Notes under the pieces: model-generated
The model's database searches: none
Seen by the model: only the letters and a program-made list of their open reading frames with translations
Told to the model about the DNA's origin: nothing
IMG/VR virus record: IMGVR_UViG_3300045988_178965
Coordinates: 123,649-187,648 of that record
Source of the DNA: a virus
DNA length: 64,000 bases
Reading direction: 5' to 3' (one strand)
Shown here: positions 41,223 to 52,006 of the stretch, one piece after another
Layout of the letters: the number at the start of each line of letters is the position of its first letter
Numbering within the stretch: position 1 is the stretch's first letter
Program-made: the position numbers and the translations under genes

Positions 41223-44200
41223 TGGAAAATTTAGATAAAAACACTGATCATATCAGAACTGATATAGGCGATAACGAGGATAAAAAACCTACGTCATCGC
41301 TTATACAGCTATATGAGATGCCATGGAGAGAGTATCTAAAGCATAAGAATTATGACAAAGATATTAACAATATGTGCAAGAATTGCCAAAGAGAGCAAAT
41401 TAAAAAGTACGGCGAAATTACAATTAAGTGTTCAGGGCCAAAAGATATCAGTGTTCTGGACCAAAATATTGTAGCCAACTTAGACAAAGAAGAGCTTGAC
41501 GAAATTAAGCAGGCGATGGATCCAGTGTACTGGGCAGAGAAAAATATCGATATAAATCAACCGGATCCAACAAAACGTTTATATGTTAATCGCTGGTATC
41601 AATCTATGCAAATTAAATGTTCTGCGTCTAAAAAGGCAATCCGATGTGGACGACGATCCGGCAAATCGTACGGCCTTGGTATTGATATCGCAAACAGACT
41701 TGTTCAAAACAGCAACTATCAAATTCTCGTAGTAACACCATTCCTGTCTCAAGCAAAAGAGCTCACAAACGTAGTTAAGAAAATTCTACGATCATTAGGT
41801 GCCACAATAGGTACATGGGATGATTTGGTGGAGAGATCTGTTACATCTCCGTATCAAGAGATACAGATGAAGAATGGATCAACATTCAAAGCATTTACAG
41901 CCGGTAACGATAACGCAAACGCTGTACGTGGACAAGGTGCCCACCTTATCATTATTGACGAGGCCGACTTCTTAACACAAGAAGCATTCGACTCTATTAC
42001 GGCCATTCTTATGGATAAGCCCAATACGGAAATTATCTGTACATCAACACCAATGGGCGAGGGGTTGCTATATAAATTTGCAAACTCAAAAGACTATAAA
42101 GAGTTCCATTTTCCATCATTCGTTATTCCGCACTACAATGACGATATGGATAGAGAGTTTAGAAACTCACTGTCTATGATGGCATATATCCAAGAGATTT
42201 GTCTAAGAGAAAATGAGGAAGTATTAACTAAATCCGGCAAAAAATACATACAAGATATTAAGGCTGGCGACATAGTATTTGATAAAAATATGAACCCTGT
42301 TAAAGTGTGGCAATCTGCCAGAAAAACAGGACATAAAGAAATACTTAAAACGACCGTAAATATTCCAGACATTATTTTATATACGACTCCTGACCATAAA
42401 TTCCCAAATAGAAATAATGAGAGGACCTGCATTTCAGAATTGTCTGAATTAGAGGTTTATAGGACTCCATATAAAAATAATTCAAAAGATGAAATCCTAG
42501 CCAGGTTAATAGGATATAATCTCGGTGATGGAACAATAACTTCTACGAGATTCGACTCATATTGGTATTCTTCCGAGAGGGAGGATATGTTTTTAGTTTC
42601 TGAAGATATACGTAGATTATGGCCAAATTTAAAAGCGAGTGTTTTGGAATATTTAGTTAGAAATAGTCACAAAGAAGACGCTCTAGTAAAAGTTGACGGA
42701 ATGAGATATTCTGTATCTGCGAGCAATGAGGCTACCAAATATTTAATGGATTTAGGCATGGTTCGCGGCAAAAAAGTCGAACAGGAATTTAATGTCCCTG
42801 AATTTGTATTAAATGGCAGTGAGTCGGTGAAAATTGAATTCATAGCTGCGCTATTTGGAGCGGAAGGGTCTACGCCAAGAGTTGATAAAAATGGCAAGAC
42901 TTCATGTACAGTCTCTCTATCTATGTCAAAAAGAATTGGTGTAAATGGATTGCCGTTTTTTAATAATTTAAAGGCGATTCTTTCCGACATAGGAATACAA
43001 AGCTCTGTGGCATATCGCAATGTAGGAATGAATACCATCTATACGCTATATGTTCTAAGTTCTCCAGAAAATTTGTTAAGATTTCATAGCAAAGTTGGCT
43101 ACAGGTATTGCGTTAGAAAAGAGCTCGAGTCTCTGTACATGTCTGCGTATATTTCGTACAAAAACAAAAAATCTGAAGACAAGACCTTGTTTATAGAGAA
43201 ATGTAGAAATATGAAGGCATCTGGAATGACAATTGACGATATCTTCAATCATTTCAATAAAGAGTATCCTAAGAGTTATATAGGCAAGGCTATACACAGA
43301 GATAGGAATAACCCAAGAGCTGCAGATGTGATGACATACAGTTCGTTTAAGGAAAGAAATGTAACTGATAGGGGCAGCATTTTTATAGAGATATTGTCAA
43401 AAGAATTGGTCGATAGTGCCAATACATACAACATTGGCGTATCGTCAGATGATAGCTCTTATATACTTTACAATGGTGTAAGAACATTCAACTGTGCAGA
43501 GTTTGGTCTATCAGATAATTCTGTTTTCGATACAGACCTTGTAAATAGAAGTACATCAATAGGAACGTCAGAATCTCTACATGATGTCATCGCAAACAGA
43601 AATAGATACATAGTTTCACTTGGATGCGACTGGAATGCCGACAAAGTAGGTACACGTATTTGTGTTATTGCATACGATAAGATTGAGCGTAAAATTATCA
43701 TAGCGAACCTATCAAATGTAAGACGAGAAGGGTGGACACAGGTAGCGGCAATAGACAAAATTGTTGAACTAAACCGTTTATATACACCAGACTACATTTA
43801 TGTCGATGAGGGGTTTGGCGAAGCTAACGTTCAACAGTTAAAACTGATTGCCGTAAACCTATTTGGTAAAGTACCTGCTGATCATCCAGATTTGAAACTA
43901 AGAGACGTCGTGCCGGTCAACTTTTCATCAACCCTAGAATTGCGTGACGTAATGACTGGCGAGATTCGTAAAAAATACTTCAAGAATTTTATAGTTGAAA
44001 CAACAAAACGCGCATTAGAAACAGGACTGCTTGCATTCAAGGATCCAATATCTACACCTATTGTAGAGCAGATGAAAAACTATATTGTAAAATCCAGAGC
44101 AGCTAATGGTAGAGAAGTCTATGAAGCTAAAAATAGCGAAATAGGTGACCACGATTTAGATGCATTTATGATTGCATTAGCGGGGCTACAACTAAATGAA

Positions 44201-44473
44201 AACTCAATTCTTGACACTAGGCGTTATTCAAATGTTACAATATTGCCACTTGAAAAACGCGGTATCGAAGCGTATAATGGTTCGGATAAAATAGAAAAAC
44301 GCTCATATGGAAACGAGGACAAATATCATCGTACAGTCCGTGTTGCACCAGGAATAAGTAGACGCTCGTCTATATCTGGCGGACCTATGGGCAACAGAGG
44401 AAGATTGTCTAGAGAGACAGCTTCTACGTTTATGAATAGGTATCGGACTACCATGAGGTCAAAATCTAGATAA
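41222..44473 (+). CDS. terL: terminase large subunit (intein-interrupted)
   Basis: Walker A RCGRRSGKS, Walker B HLIIIDEADF, coupling motif ICTSTP. After intein removal the junction reads MAYIQEI-CAEFG. The nuclease half has acidic motifs (LGCDWN, YVDEGFGE, IGDHDLDAF). Confidence 0.85.
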   Translation: MENLDKNTDHIRTDIGDNEDKKPTSSLIQLYEMPWREYLKHKNYDKDINNMCKNCQREQIKKYGEITIKCSGPKDISVLDQNIVANLDKEELDEIKQAMDPVYWAEKNIDINQPDPTKRLYVNRWYQSMQIKCSASKKAIRCGRRSGKSYGLGIDIANRLVQNSNYQILVVTPFLSQAKELTNVVKKILRSLGATIGTWDDLVERSVTSPYQEIQMKNGSTFKAFTAGNDNANAVRGQGAHLIIIDEADFLTQEAFDSITAILMDKPNTEIICTSTPMGEGLLYKFANSKDYKEFHFPSFVIPHYNDDMDREFRNSLSMMAYIQEICLRENEEVLTKSGKKYIQDIKAGDIVFDKNMNPVKVWQSARKTGHKEILKTTVNIPDIILYTTPDHKFPNRNNERTCISELSELEVYRTPYKNNSKDEILARLIGYNLGDGTITSTRFDSYWYSSEREDMFLVSEDIRRLWPNLKASVLEYLVRNSHKEDALVKVDGMRYSVSASNEATKYLMDLGMVRGKKVEQEFNVPEFVLNGSESVKIEFIAALFGAEGSTPRVDKNGKTSCTVSLSMSKRIGVNGLPFFNNLKAILSDIGIQSSVAYRNVGMNTIYTLYVLSSPENLLRFHSKVGYRYCVRKELESLYMSAYISYKNKKSEDKTLFIEKCRNMKASGMTIDDIFNHFNKEYPKSYIGKAIHRDRNNPRAADVMTYSSFKERNVTDRGSIFIEILSKELVDSANTYNIGVSSDDSSYILYNGVRTFNCAEFGLSDNSVFDTDLVNRSTSIGTSESLHDVIANRNRYIVSLGCDWNADKVGTRICVIAYDKIERKIIIANLSNVRREGWTQVAAIDKIVELNRLYTPDYIYVDEGFGEANVQQLKLIAVNLFGKVPADHPDLKLRDVVPVNFSSTLELRDVMTGEIRKKYFKNFIVETTKRALETGLLAFKDPISTPIVEQMKNYIVKSRAANGREVYEAKNSEIGDHDLDAFMIALAGLQLNENSILDTRRYSNVTILPLEKRGIEAYNGSDKIEKRSYGNEDKYHRTVRVAPGISRRSSISGGPMGNRGRLSRETASTFMNRYRTTMRSKSR
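42200..43492 (+). mobile_element. intein with LAGLIDADG homing endonuclease (431 aa)
   Basis: Cys1 at TGT 42200 (CLRENEEVLTKSG). Block B is TPDH. LAGLIDADG motifs LIGYNLGDGTI and FIAALFGAEGS. Ends ...ILYNGVRTFN (AAC 43490-43492) with +1 Cys. The penultimate residue is Phe rather than His. Confidence 0.8.
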
Positions 44474-44489
44474 GAGGAATCTTCTAACT

Positions 44490-44909
44490 ATGGATTACAA
44501 TCTAATCAGAATTACTGATAGCACCGTTTTGTCGGATGCCGGTATTTGCTACTATGACCCGATAGAAGAGGTTATCAAAGAAATTGGTTCTGGATACATG
44601 ATGGGGACAAATCCAACATCCCCAGTAATCCATAAGCTAATGCTGGTAATTAAGAACGGTTCTATCAAAAAGGTTAATATTAAGATAGTCAAAAATAAAG
44701 AGCTAGAATCTTTATTTGATATTAAAATTTTACCTGGGGTTACCGCCCCAGGGATTTCTTCCTTTGCCGATATTGATGCTTTTAATGATCTTGAAATTTC
44801 TGACGGCCTACAGCCATATTCGCTTATCCCATTTCATGTATACATTAAAACGAAAGGCCCTATCAACGCCTTGCTAAATGCACCATTGGAGCTTACATAT
44901 GAGTTCTAG
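44490..44909 (+). CDS. hypothetical protein
   Basis: 139-aa ORF in the co-directional array. Confidence 0.6.
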   Translation: MDYNLIRITDSTVLSDAGICYYDPIEEVIKEIGSGYMMGTNPTSPVIHKLMLVIKNGSIKKVNIKIVKNKELESLFDIKILPGVTAPGISSFADIDAFNDLEISDGLQPYSLIPFHVYIKTKGPINALLNAPLELTYEF

Positions 44910-45165
44910 TTTTACAGTAAAAGAAGTAAGCTCTATACTTGAAGAGCTTGTAGTTGCAAAATCTGAATTATTAGGTAAGCTTAAAGATGTAAAAGTTACA
45001 GCGACAAATGAGCGCGACCCAGACGTTATGACTGCTGTAAGAAACCTTTACGGTGAAGAAGCAGTCAAGGATGGTAAGGTGTCTATCTCATTTGAGATGG
45101 TCGCCCAATGTATTGATATCGTTAGGCGTGCTGGGAAGGCAAAGGCTGCGGAGCTAATTAAATGA
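44899..45165 (+). CDS. hypothetical protein
   Basis: ATG 44899 is preceded by GGAG. The track start at 44878 is less likely. Confidence 0.55.
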   Translation: MSSSFTVKEVSSILEELVVAKSELLGKLKDVKVTATNERDPDVMTAVRNLYGEEAVKDGKVSISFEMVAQCIDIVRRAGKAKAAELIK

Positions 45166-45734
45166 TTGAATTATGGGGCTCACAAAGTCAAAATACAATT
45201 GTGGACCAACAGAGGGCTGAATTGTATATGAGGATATTTCAGTATGCCTCATCAGACTTTACAAATAATCAGGATATAAAGACATTTGCTGATGATGTTA
45301 TAAAATGGGCAAAATCGGTTGAGAATAGAATGAAGCAGTTTGAGAAGGATTTAAATACCCATACTCATAAGATACCTGCTCATACTCATCAGGTTCCGCC
45401 GCATACACATTTGATATTGCCACATGTACATCCAACAGCATGGGGTCCAAGTGGGCCAAATGTGCCAAGTCCAACAGATACAGGGACTTTGTCTACAACA
45501 GGTGTCAATCAAGAATTTGAATCAATTAAACCAACTAAAGAGTTAAAATGGAGAGATGGACAGGTACCTAATGCGTACCAAAATACATCTGGCGCCACTA
45601 CAAACCTTGATAATAAAGTTATATCTGGTTCGGGTGTTATAGGCGACTCAAATGTCCATCAAAGACGTTCTACGCCATTGGATAAGGCATATACACCTAA
45701 CATACCTCCATATTTACTACCAACATCAGTATAG
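45162..45734 (+). CDS. HxH-repeat (metal-binding fibre/needle-like) protein
   Basis: NTHTHKIPAHTHQVPPHTHLILPHVHP contains four HxH motifs at 7-residue spacing (45360-45431). ATGA overlap with the upstream gene. Confidence 0.4.
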   Translation: MIELWGSQSQNTIVDQQRAELYMRIFQYASSDFTNNQDIKTFADDVIKWAKSVENRMKQFEKDLNTHTHKIPAHTHQVPPHTHLILPHVHPTAWGPSGPNVPSPTDTGTLSTTGVNQEFESIKPTKELKWRDGQVPNAYQNTSGATTNLDNKVISGSGVIGDSNVHQRRSTPLDKAYTPNIPPYLLPTSV

Positions 45735-45741
45735 GATATAA

Positions 45742-47652
45742 ATGGAATTAAGCAGAAAAGTTAATCCAACCGCAAGCACAACATACGCCGTTGCATATGC
45801 ACAGCTTATTGTTGATCACTTCTCAAAGGCACTGCAGGAAAACGGCTGCTTAATACAAGTTCCTGTTGGATTATATATACAGTTTGATGATCAATATAAT
45901 AGATTAGTAGATTACATAGAGAGTGCATTAAATGCTGGGAACATTGATAATGACGGTAATGGTGACAAACTTGATGATGTCGTTCATCCTGACGGGGCTA
46001 TTAACCCTAAACATCTAGCCGCAATAAAGAGTGCCATTAGAAAAGCGAGTAATGATTGTTTCGCTTGTAATATTGAAAAACCAAAATTTGATTTCAGCGG
46101 CATATTCGGAAACTTGCTAAAAGATATTACAACTTCTCTCGATCAATTTAAAAATATAGGGAAGTTTAATAAGGCATCTGTTTGCCAATACGCATTCTTT
46201 CTATCATACTTATGTCTTCCAGATCTGCTAAAATTAATAGCATTAATACTTGCTGCAATCGTAAAGACAACCCAAAATATACAGCTACCAAGATTGACTA
46301 TTGCTGTATTTATTAACGCAATTCTTGGAGCAATCATAGAGGCGTTAGTTAAGAATATTTCTATATTGGCAAGATTTGCACTTACGCCGGTTTTATGTAT
46401 CCTAGATTCTATAGACTCTATCATTGACCAATTACCAACACCTGAAAATATCCGCAGTACAAGCGCGGAAGATTTAAAGAAATTGGGTGTTAATGATAAG
46501 TTTATGGAGGGCAAGTACGACACAAATCTCAAGAAAAAGACACAAGAGATTAGGCAGCAATACACATCAAGAGTAAACAAATACGCTGAAAAAGCTGAGA
46601 CAAATACCCGTAAGTACGTAGAAGAAATAATGGGTCCACTTCAAGAAACAATCAATAGAAGTGTTGAGTCCCTAAACAATTCAATATCAGAACTTACAGG
46701 ACTGCTTAATCATTTTAGTTGTGAGCCTGCACGCTCTGGATTGACAATTTCTCAATACTTGAGTAATCTATCTGAATTAATGGCAATGGCAAATCTGCTG
46801 AGATATATTGTCAGAATGAAATCCGGAAAATCGGCAATTGAGAAAGTGTGTAACGCACCATCTGGGCAACAAAATTTTGGCGAGGATAATGATACATCTA
46901 GCATAGATGGAAACCTTTCTATAGGTAACATTGGCTCAGTAATAGCTGATACAATCGGCACGGATATTGACTTAATTACCGATGAAAATGGTAATGCTAT
47001 TGCAGTTGCGATAAAAGATAACAATGATGAAAACAAAAGCAATTTGTCATTCTATTCTTGTAATTTGGATGATTTTGCAAGGTCAGTAACTGTTCCGGGA
47101 TTAATTGAAGAGATTTCTAAATATGACTTTCCAAATATCAAGATTGATGAATGGAATCCTTCTCCATGGAAAGTTACTATAATTCCCGATTCAAAATATG
47201 ACTACGGCCGCCCCAATACATCTATTATCCCATTGGTCATCAATACAGATGATCCAAACTGGAGCATCCCTAAACACATACAAAATGTTATAGGCTTCAT
47301 CGATAAATACAATGGGGCAACAGACCCTTCTAGAACATCAAACGATATTACATTTATAGATGAAGATTTGAATAAAATCATCAAAGATAGACAAATAAGA
47401 ACTGAAGATGATAATATTGTTGATGGTTTGACAGATTCAGCTGTAAGAATTGTAAACGAGGACGGAAGTGTCAAAATTATCGATTCGACTGGACGTATTC
47501 AAACAAACAACGGTGCGCCAACGCCAACAGCAGTTGAAAGCGTAGAAAGATTAATTGCCAATTTCAGTAAGTCAAATGGTGTAGATTCATCACTTGGACA
47601 ACTAGACTGTATCAAGGATATAGAGAACGTCCTTAATAAACTCGGAGACTAA
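45742..47652 (+). CDS. large hypothetical virion/morphogenesis protein with a central hydrophobic region
   Basis: 636 aa. Hydrophobic block ...YAFFLSYLCLPDLLKLIALILAAIV...TIAVFINAILGAIIEALV. Confidence 0.55.
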   Translation: MELSRKVNPTASTTYAVAYAQLIVDHFSKALQENGCLIQVPVGLYIQFDDQYNRLVDYIESALNAGNIDNDGNGDKLDDVVHPDGAINPKHLAAIKSAIRKASNDCFACNIEKPKFDFSGIFGNLLKDITTSLDQFKNIGKFNKASVCQYAFFLSYLCLPDLLKLIALILAAIVKTTQNIQLPRLTIAVFINAILGAIIEALVKNISILARFALTPVLCILDSIDSIIDQLPTPENIRSTSAEDLKKLGVNDKFMEGKYDTNLKKKTQEIRQQYTSRVNKYAEKAETNTRKYVEEIMGPLQETINRSVESLNNSISELTGLLNHFSCEPARSGLTISQYLSNLSELMAMANLLRYIVRMKSGKSAIEKVCNAPSGQQNFGEDNDTSSIDGNLSIGNIGSVIADTIGTDIDLITDENGNAIAVAIKDNNDENKSNLSFYSCNLDDFARSVTVPGLIEEISKYDFPNIKIDEWNPSPWKVTIIPDSKYDYGRPNTSIIPLVINTDDPNWSIPKHIQNVIGFIDKYNGATDPSRTSNDITFIDEDLNKIIKDRQIRTEDDNIVDGLTDSAVRIVNEDGSVKIIDSTGRIQTNNGAPTPTAVESVERLIANFSKSNGVDSSLGQLDCIKDIENVLNKLGD

Positions 47653-47654
47653 TA

Positions 47655-49415
47655 ATGAAAAATGAAGATATAGGCATTCTTTTGAATACTAATTATTCTT
47701 CAAATCCAAAGGTAATTAAGGATGCTTTAAGTAGCAAAGCCCTAGGTATAAAAAGACAGTCCTTATCAAACCCAGGGCTGTCTTATTTTGGCAAAAGAAC
47801 CAGCGGATTTAACGATACAATTTACAGTGGCTTTAAAAACCATGAGTATGACCTATTTGAATACTCTAGAATTATAGATACAGAAGCTATTGTTGCAAAA
47901 GCATTTGAGCGTCAACGTGCATTAATATTTAAAAACGGATATTATTTCGAATCTAATAATCCAAAGAATGTTGAATACATAAAATCCAGGATTAGAGAAA
48001 TAGAATATGTGACAGGACTTACATTCAGAAACTTCATCGAAGAGATGGCGTATAATCTTGTAATGTTCCATAACTCATATATCTTAATGGTTCGAAATGA
48101 GAAGAAGTCAACTGGCGAAACAGTTAATGTTGGCAATAAAGAACTTGAACCTATTGCCGGATGGTTTAACTTACCTACCGAAACGATTCAGCGTAAACTA
48201 AAAGAAAATGGTGACGTTGAAATGTATAAGCAATATATAGATCCGGCCACATTTAGACTATTCTCACCAGAAAAAGTTAGACATCTGAAATACAATGCAC
48301 GCTCAGGATTTACAATGGGTACACCTCCATTGGAGGCGGTAAAAGATGATATCCTTGCATTAAGACGAATAGAAGAATCTGTAGAGACTCTAATATATAA
48401 GGGAATATTCCCTATGATTCATGTTAAAGTCGGGACAGAAAGTAACCCTGCTAAAATACTTGTTGACGGAAGTGATGAAGTCGAGAAGATGGGTTATGTA
48501 ATGCAAGAATTGGATGAATACGGTGGCATTACAACAAGTGAGCGTGTAGAAGTTAAAGCAATCGGCTCGGAATCATTAGCACTGCGTGTAGAAAGTTACC
48601 TAGAGTATTTTAAAGACCGAGTAATGCTAGGTCTAGGTGTCTCAGATATCGATATGGGTATTGGAGATTCATCTGGCAAAGCAACAGGTCAAATCATCTC
48701 ACAAACGCTAAAAGAAGCAGTGATTAATAAACAGGATGCAATTTCCGAGTTTATTACACACGTTCTATTCAAACCTCTACTTGTAGAGTCTGGGATGTAC
48801 GATGCAGAGTATCTGATTCCAGAAGAAGACCTGGTTAAATTTAAGTTTAATCATGTAGACCAAGATGCGCGTATTAAAATAGAATCACACATTCTTAATA
48901 TGTTTAATAGTGGTCTTTTATCTATAAATGAAGCAAGACTTGAGATTGGCTACAAAGAGATTGGTGATAAAGAAATCTCTAGAATCGGCAAAGATAAGGA
49001 AATGATACTTCCTACATATCAAGTCGAAACAGCTAAAGTTGCTGCCGCAGCAGCAGCGCAATCTAAAAAAGAAAATAGCTCCGGCAATAAAACTAAAGCC
49101 GACGGTGCTAAAAAGGCATCAGCATCTAAAACCAATCCTAAGAATCAATTTAGTGATTCATTGTCCGATTCTCTATTCCCAATAGAAGAAATTAGAGCAG
49201 CAATGCCAAATAAAGCATTACTATCTGAATATATTGAGAATCATATAAAATTGGTTGTTGACATATCTGATTCACAAATGGATAATAACGTAAAAGATAT
49301 TGTTTCTGTCTTCTCTGACTCCTTATATTTAGCAGGTCAGTCTGAAGATATTTCAGATTCAGAGATAGAAGATTTACTTATTAGAATGTATGAGCTAGTC
49401 GGAGGAGAACAATGA
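47655..49415 (+). CDS. putative portal protein
   Basis: 586 aa, immediately upstream of the protease-scaffold and capsid genes. Acidic C-terminus. The call rests on size and position; motif recognition is weak. Confidence 0.55.
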   Translation: MKNEDIGILLNTNYSSNPKVIKDALSSKALGIKRQSLSNPGLSYFGKRTSGFNDTIYSGFKNHEYDLFEYSRIIDTEAIVAKAFERQRALIFKNGYYFESNNPKNVEYIKSRIREIEYVTGLTFRNFIEEMAYNLVMFHNSYILMVRNEKKSTGETVNVGNKELEPIAGWFNLPTETIQRKLKENGDVEMYKQYIDPATFRLFSPEKVRHLKYNARSGFTMGTPPLEAVKDDILALRRIEESVETLIYKGIFPMIHVKVGTESNPAKILVDGSDEVEKMGYVMQELDEYGGITTSERVEVKAIGSESLALRVESYLEYFKDRVMLGLGVSDIDMGIGDSSGKATGQIISQTLKEAVINKQDAISEFITHVLFKPLLVESGMYDAEYLIPEEDLVKFKFNHVDQDARIKIESHILNMFNSGLLSINEARLEIGYKEIGDKEISRIGKDKEMILPTYQVETAKVAAAAAAQSKKENSSGNKTKADGAKKASASKTNPKNQFSDSLSDSLFPIEEIRAAMPNKALLSEYIENHIKLVVDISDSQMDNNVKDIVSVFSDSLYLAGQSEDISDSEIEDLLIRMYELVGGEQ

Positions 49416-51079
49416 GGCCTTTTAATGACCGATTTGAGACAACTGCGAGGGTAAGTGTAGGAGAAGAAATTCAGCAAAGAATTTCAGATTCCTTATCTAA
49501 CGGTGCCAAAGTAAAAAGTATTACTGTTAAAATGGAGGCAACTCATTCCGGTCGTCCAAATGGTAATAATTGGATATACACTCCACGAGGCATGGTTGAG
49601 GGATATCGATCATTTGTGTCCCCTGTATTTAAACCAGTAACTGAAGAACACAATCCAGACTCTAGAACACTAGGAAGAGTCATCTCGTCTAAATATGTTA
49701 AGTACGAGAATTTCAGTGATTCATTTAATAACCTTTCTCCTGTAGAATATCTGGGTAAAGCAAAAGAGCTTGGCCTAGATAAACAATACAAAGGAAAAAG
49801 TTATAAAGGTCTTGGTCATATCGAGCTTGTTGCGAAGATTACGGATAAAGAAGCAATAGACAAGATTCTAGATGGAGAATTTGGATTTGTTTCTGTGGAC
49901 GGTAGAGTAGAAGAAGCATATTGCTCTATTTGTTCAACAAAGGTAAATTCACCTAATCGCTGCGAACATAGACGTGGCGTTAAATATGGGAATGAGAAAT
50001 GCTATTATGTCGGAGGCAAAATGCACTTCGATCATATATCATATGTTGCTACACCAGCTGACAGTAACGCCGTTGCGACATTAATTCGGGATAGTAAAAA
50101 TAGTCAATCCCATCTACAGATATTAGATTTTGAAATAGAAAAAGGTAAACAGATGACAGTAGAAATCCAAGACATCAATAAGTCTAGTGAAGCTCTTGTC
50201 GAATATGCCAAAACTCTGGGGATTAAAGACTATAAGCTTCCCTCTGAGGAAGGCTTAACCGTTCTGGATTATGTTTTTGGCGAACAAAAAACTTTCCCAA
50301 TTGCAGACAAATTGGAAGCTGCATTGGCTAAGTCGTTCTTCACTACTAAAATTTCCGACTCGGGCGATAAAGAATCAATCGTAACTTTGATTGACGAAAA
50401 ATTACAAGAGCTGGGCGTTGAAGATTACGAGCAGGTAATCGCAGATGCAGTTAAGGCCAGCGAGGCTGAACCGGTTCCAGAAAAAGTTTCGGACAATGTT
50501 GAGCCAGGCCAAGCGCAAGTCGAATTCGACCAAGAAGCATTTGCAGAGAAACTTGCTGTTGCAATCTCAGACAAGCTCCAAGCTCTTATTACAGGTAATG
50601 CAAACGGCTACCTGAACTCACAAAACAAAGTGTTGCGCCAAGAGTTGGCTAACAAAACTATCGAGCTTGTTAAAGTTCAAGACTCGCTGAAAAAATCTGT
50701 TATTTCACAGATTTCAGCTATTGAAAAAATTTCAGATTCTGCTAAAATTGAAGAACTGGAAAAACGAAGCCTTGAATCTCTTTCTGATAAACTAAAAGAT
50801 CTTCAAGCTGCTAATACCGAAGTTCCTGAAAAGGTCTCTGATTCAGCAGGAGAAGGCGATAAAGAGAAAGAGCCATTAGAAAAAGGTTCCGTTAAAATCG
50901 AAGATAGCGTCGACAAAACTGCTACTGACAAACAACCTGAGCAGGTTAAAATTGAAGACTCACTAATTTTCGAAAACAAAACTGAAGCTCAAAAAGAATT
51001 CTTAAAGGTTCTTAATGAAGAGGGTGCTGCAGCAGCTAAAGCGTTTGCAGCAAAAGTAAAAATTAAAAGCGAAAGCTAA
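49412..51079 (+). CDS. prohead protease (HK97/S78-like)-scaffold fusion
   Basis: TEEHN (His), GFVSVDG (Ser) and HISYVATPADSNA resemble the S78 pattern (...H..., SiGf, EvSlVxxPAn). There is an inserted CSIC...CEH cluster. The C-terminal ~300 aa are acidic coiled coil. Confidence 0.55.
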   Translation: MRPFNDRFETTARVSVGEEIQQRISDSLSNGAKVKSITVKMEATHSGRPNGNNWIYTPRGMVEGYRSFVSPVFKPVTEEHNPDSRTLGRVISSKYVKYENFSDSFNNLSPVEYLGKAKELGLDKQYKGKSYKGLGHIELVAKITDKEAIDKILDGEFGFVSVDGRVEEAYCSICSTKVNSPNRCEHRRGVKYGNEKCYYVGGKMHFDHISYVATPADSNAVATLIRDSKNSQSHLQILDFEIEKGKQMTVEIQDINKSSEALVEYAKTLGIKDYKLPSEEGLTVLDYVFGEQKTFPIADKLEAALAKSFFTTKISDSGDKESIVTLIDEKLQELGVEDYEQVIADAVKASEAEPVPEKVSDNVEPGQAQVEFDQEAFAEKLAVAISDKLQALITGNANGYLNSQNKVLRQELANKTIELVKVQDSLKKSVISQISAIEKISDSAKIEELEKRSLESLSDKLKDLQAANTEVPEKVSDSAGEGDKEKEPLEKGSVKIEDSVDKTATDKQPEQVKIEDSLIFENKTEAQKEFLKVLNEEGAAAAKAFAAKVKIKSES

Positions 51080-51100
51080 ATATACGGAGAATAATCCATA

Positions 51101-51979
51101 ATGTTTCAATATCAAAACGTAGCTGCTAATGCTCCTAAAACTAAACACTACGGACATCACAACTGGGCAACCCCTAATGTTATGTTCTCAGAAGGTATGC
51201 ATCCTGCTGGTCAATTTATGCCAGCACCTTATTTGCCACTTATTCGTGTACCTTCCAAAGATATCAAAACTCACGTTGTAATTTCTACTGGTAAAGTAGT
51301 TGCATTCGATAGTAATGGTTATCTGGTTCCTGCCGGTATCCTGGAATCTGATGCTACTTACACCGACTTGGACGTTCAAGAAGGTATCATCGGTCCTGAT
51401 GGTCAACCTGTTGCAGCTGGCGATAAAGTTAAAGACAAACTGACTGCCGCAAATCTGACTGTTTCCGCTCCTGTTGGTGTTGCATTGTATGACTTCTGGC
51501 GTCATCCAGGTGGCGACGGTATCAACCCTGCTCACTTCAACTACCAAAACCTGAACTATCAACATCGCGTTCAATTCGTATGTGACTACATGATTGAATT
51601 GCCACTGGTTGAATCTGACGCTGAATACGAAAAAGCTCCTTTGAAAGGTATTTCTGCCTTCATCGCTGCTAAAGGTCCAAATGCTGGTAACGGTACTCTT
51701 GCTGACTTCACCACTGTTAAACCTGGTGACTTTGTAACCTTCGACAAAAACTCTAACATGATTGTTGCTCAATCTACAGTTGCCAAAGAGAAAGTTCTTG
51801 GTCAAGTTCTGCAAGTTGTTAAACCACAAGAAGACAGTCTATTAAAACTGGTTCGTACTAGCTCTGCTGGCGGTCATGACTTGGATAAAATGCCAGGTAC
51901 TGCTACTAAAGGTGCTGAACATAAAGTTGCTTACTCTAACGGTTACGGCCTGGTTCGCGTTAACCTGATCAACCGCTAA
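51101..51979 (+). CDS. abundant head protein (decoration or second capsid protein)
   Basis: Strong codon bias like the MCP, with an open antisense frame at 51188..51829. Lies directly upstream of the MCP. Confidence 0.45.
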   Translation: MFQYQNVAANAPKTKHYGHHNWATPNVMFSEGMHPAGQFMPAPYLPLIRVPSKDIKTHVVISTGKVVAFDSNGYLVPAGILESDATYTDLDVQEGIIGPDGQPVAAGDKVKDKLTAANLTVSAPVGVALYDFWRHPGGDGINPAHFNYQNLNYQHRVQFVCDYMIELPLVESDAEYEKAPLKGISAFIAAKGPNAGNGTLADFTTVKPGDFVTFDKNSNMIVAQSTVAKEKVLGQVLQVVKPQEDSLLKLVRTSSAGGHDLDKMPGTATKGAEHKVAYSNGYGLVRVNLINR

Positions 51980-52006
51980 TCTAACACATAGGAATAAATA
52001 AATAAT

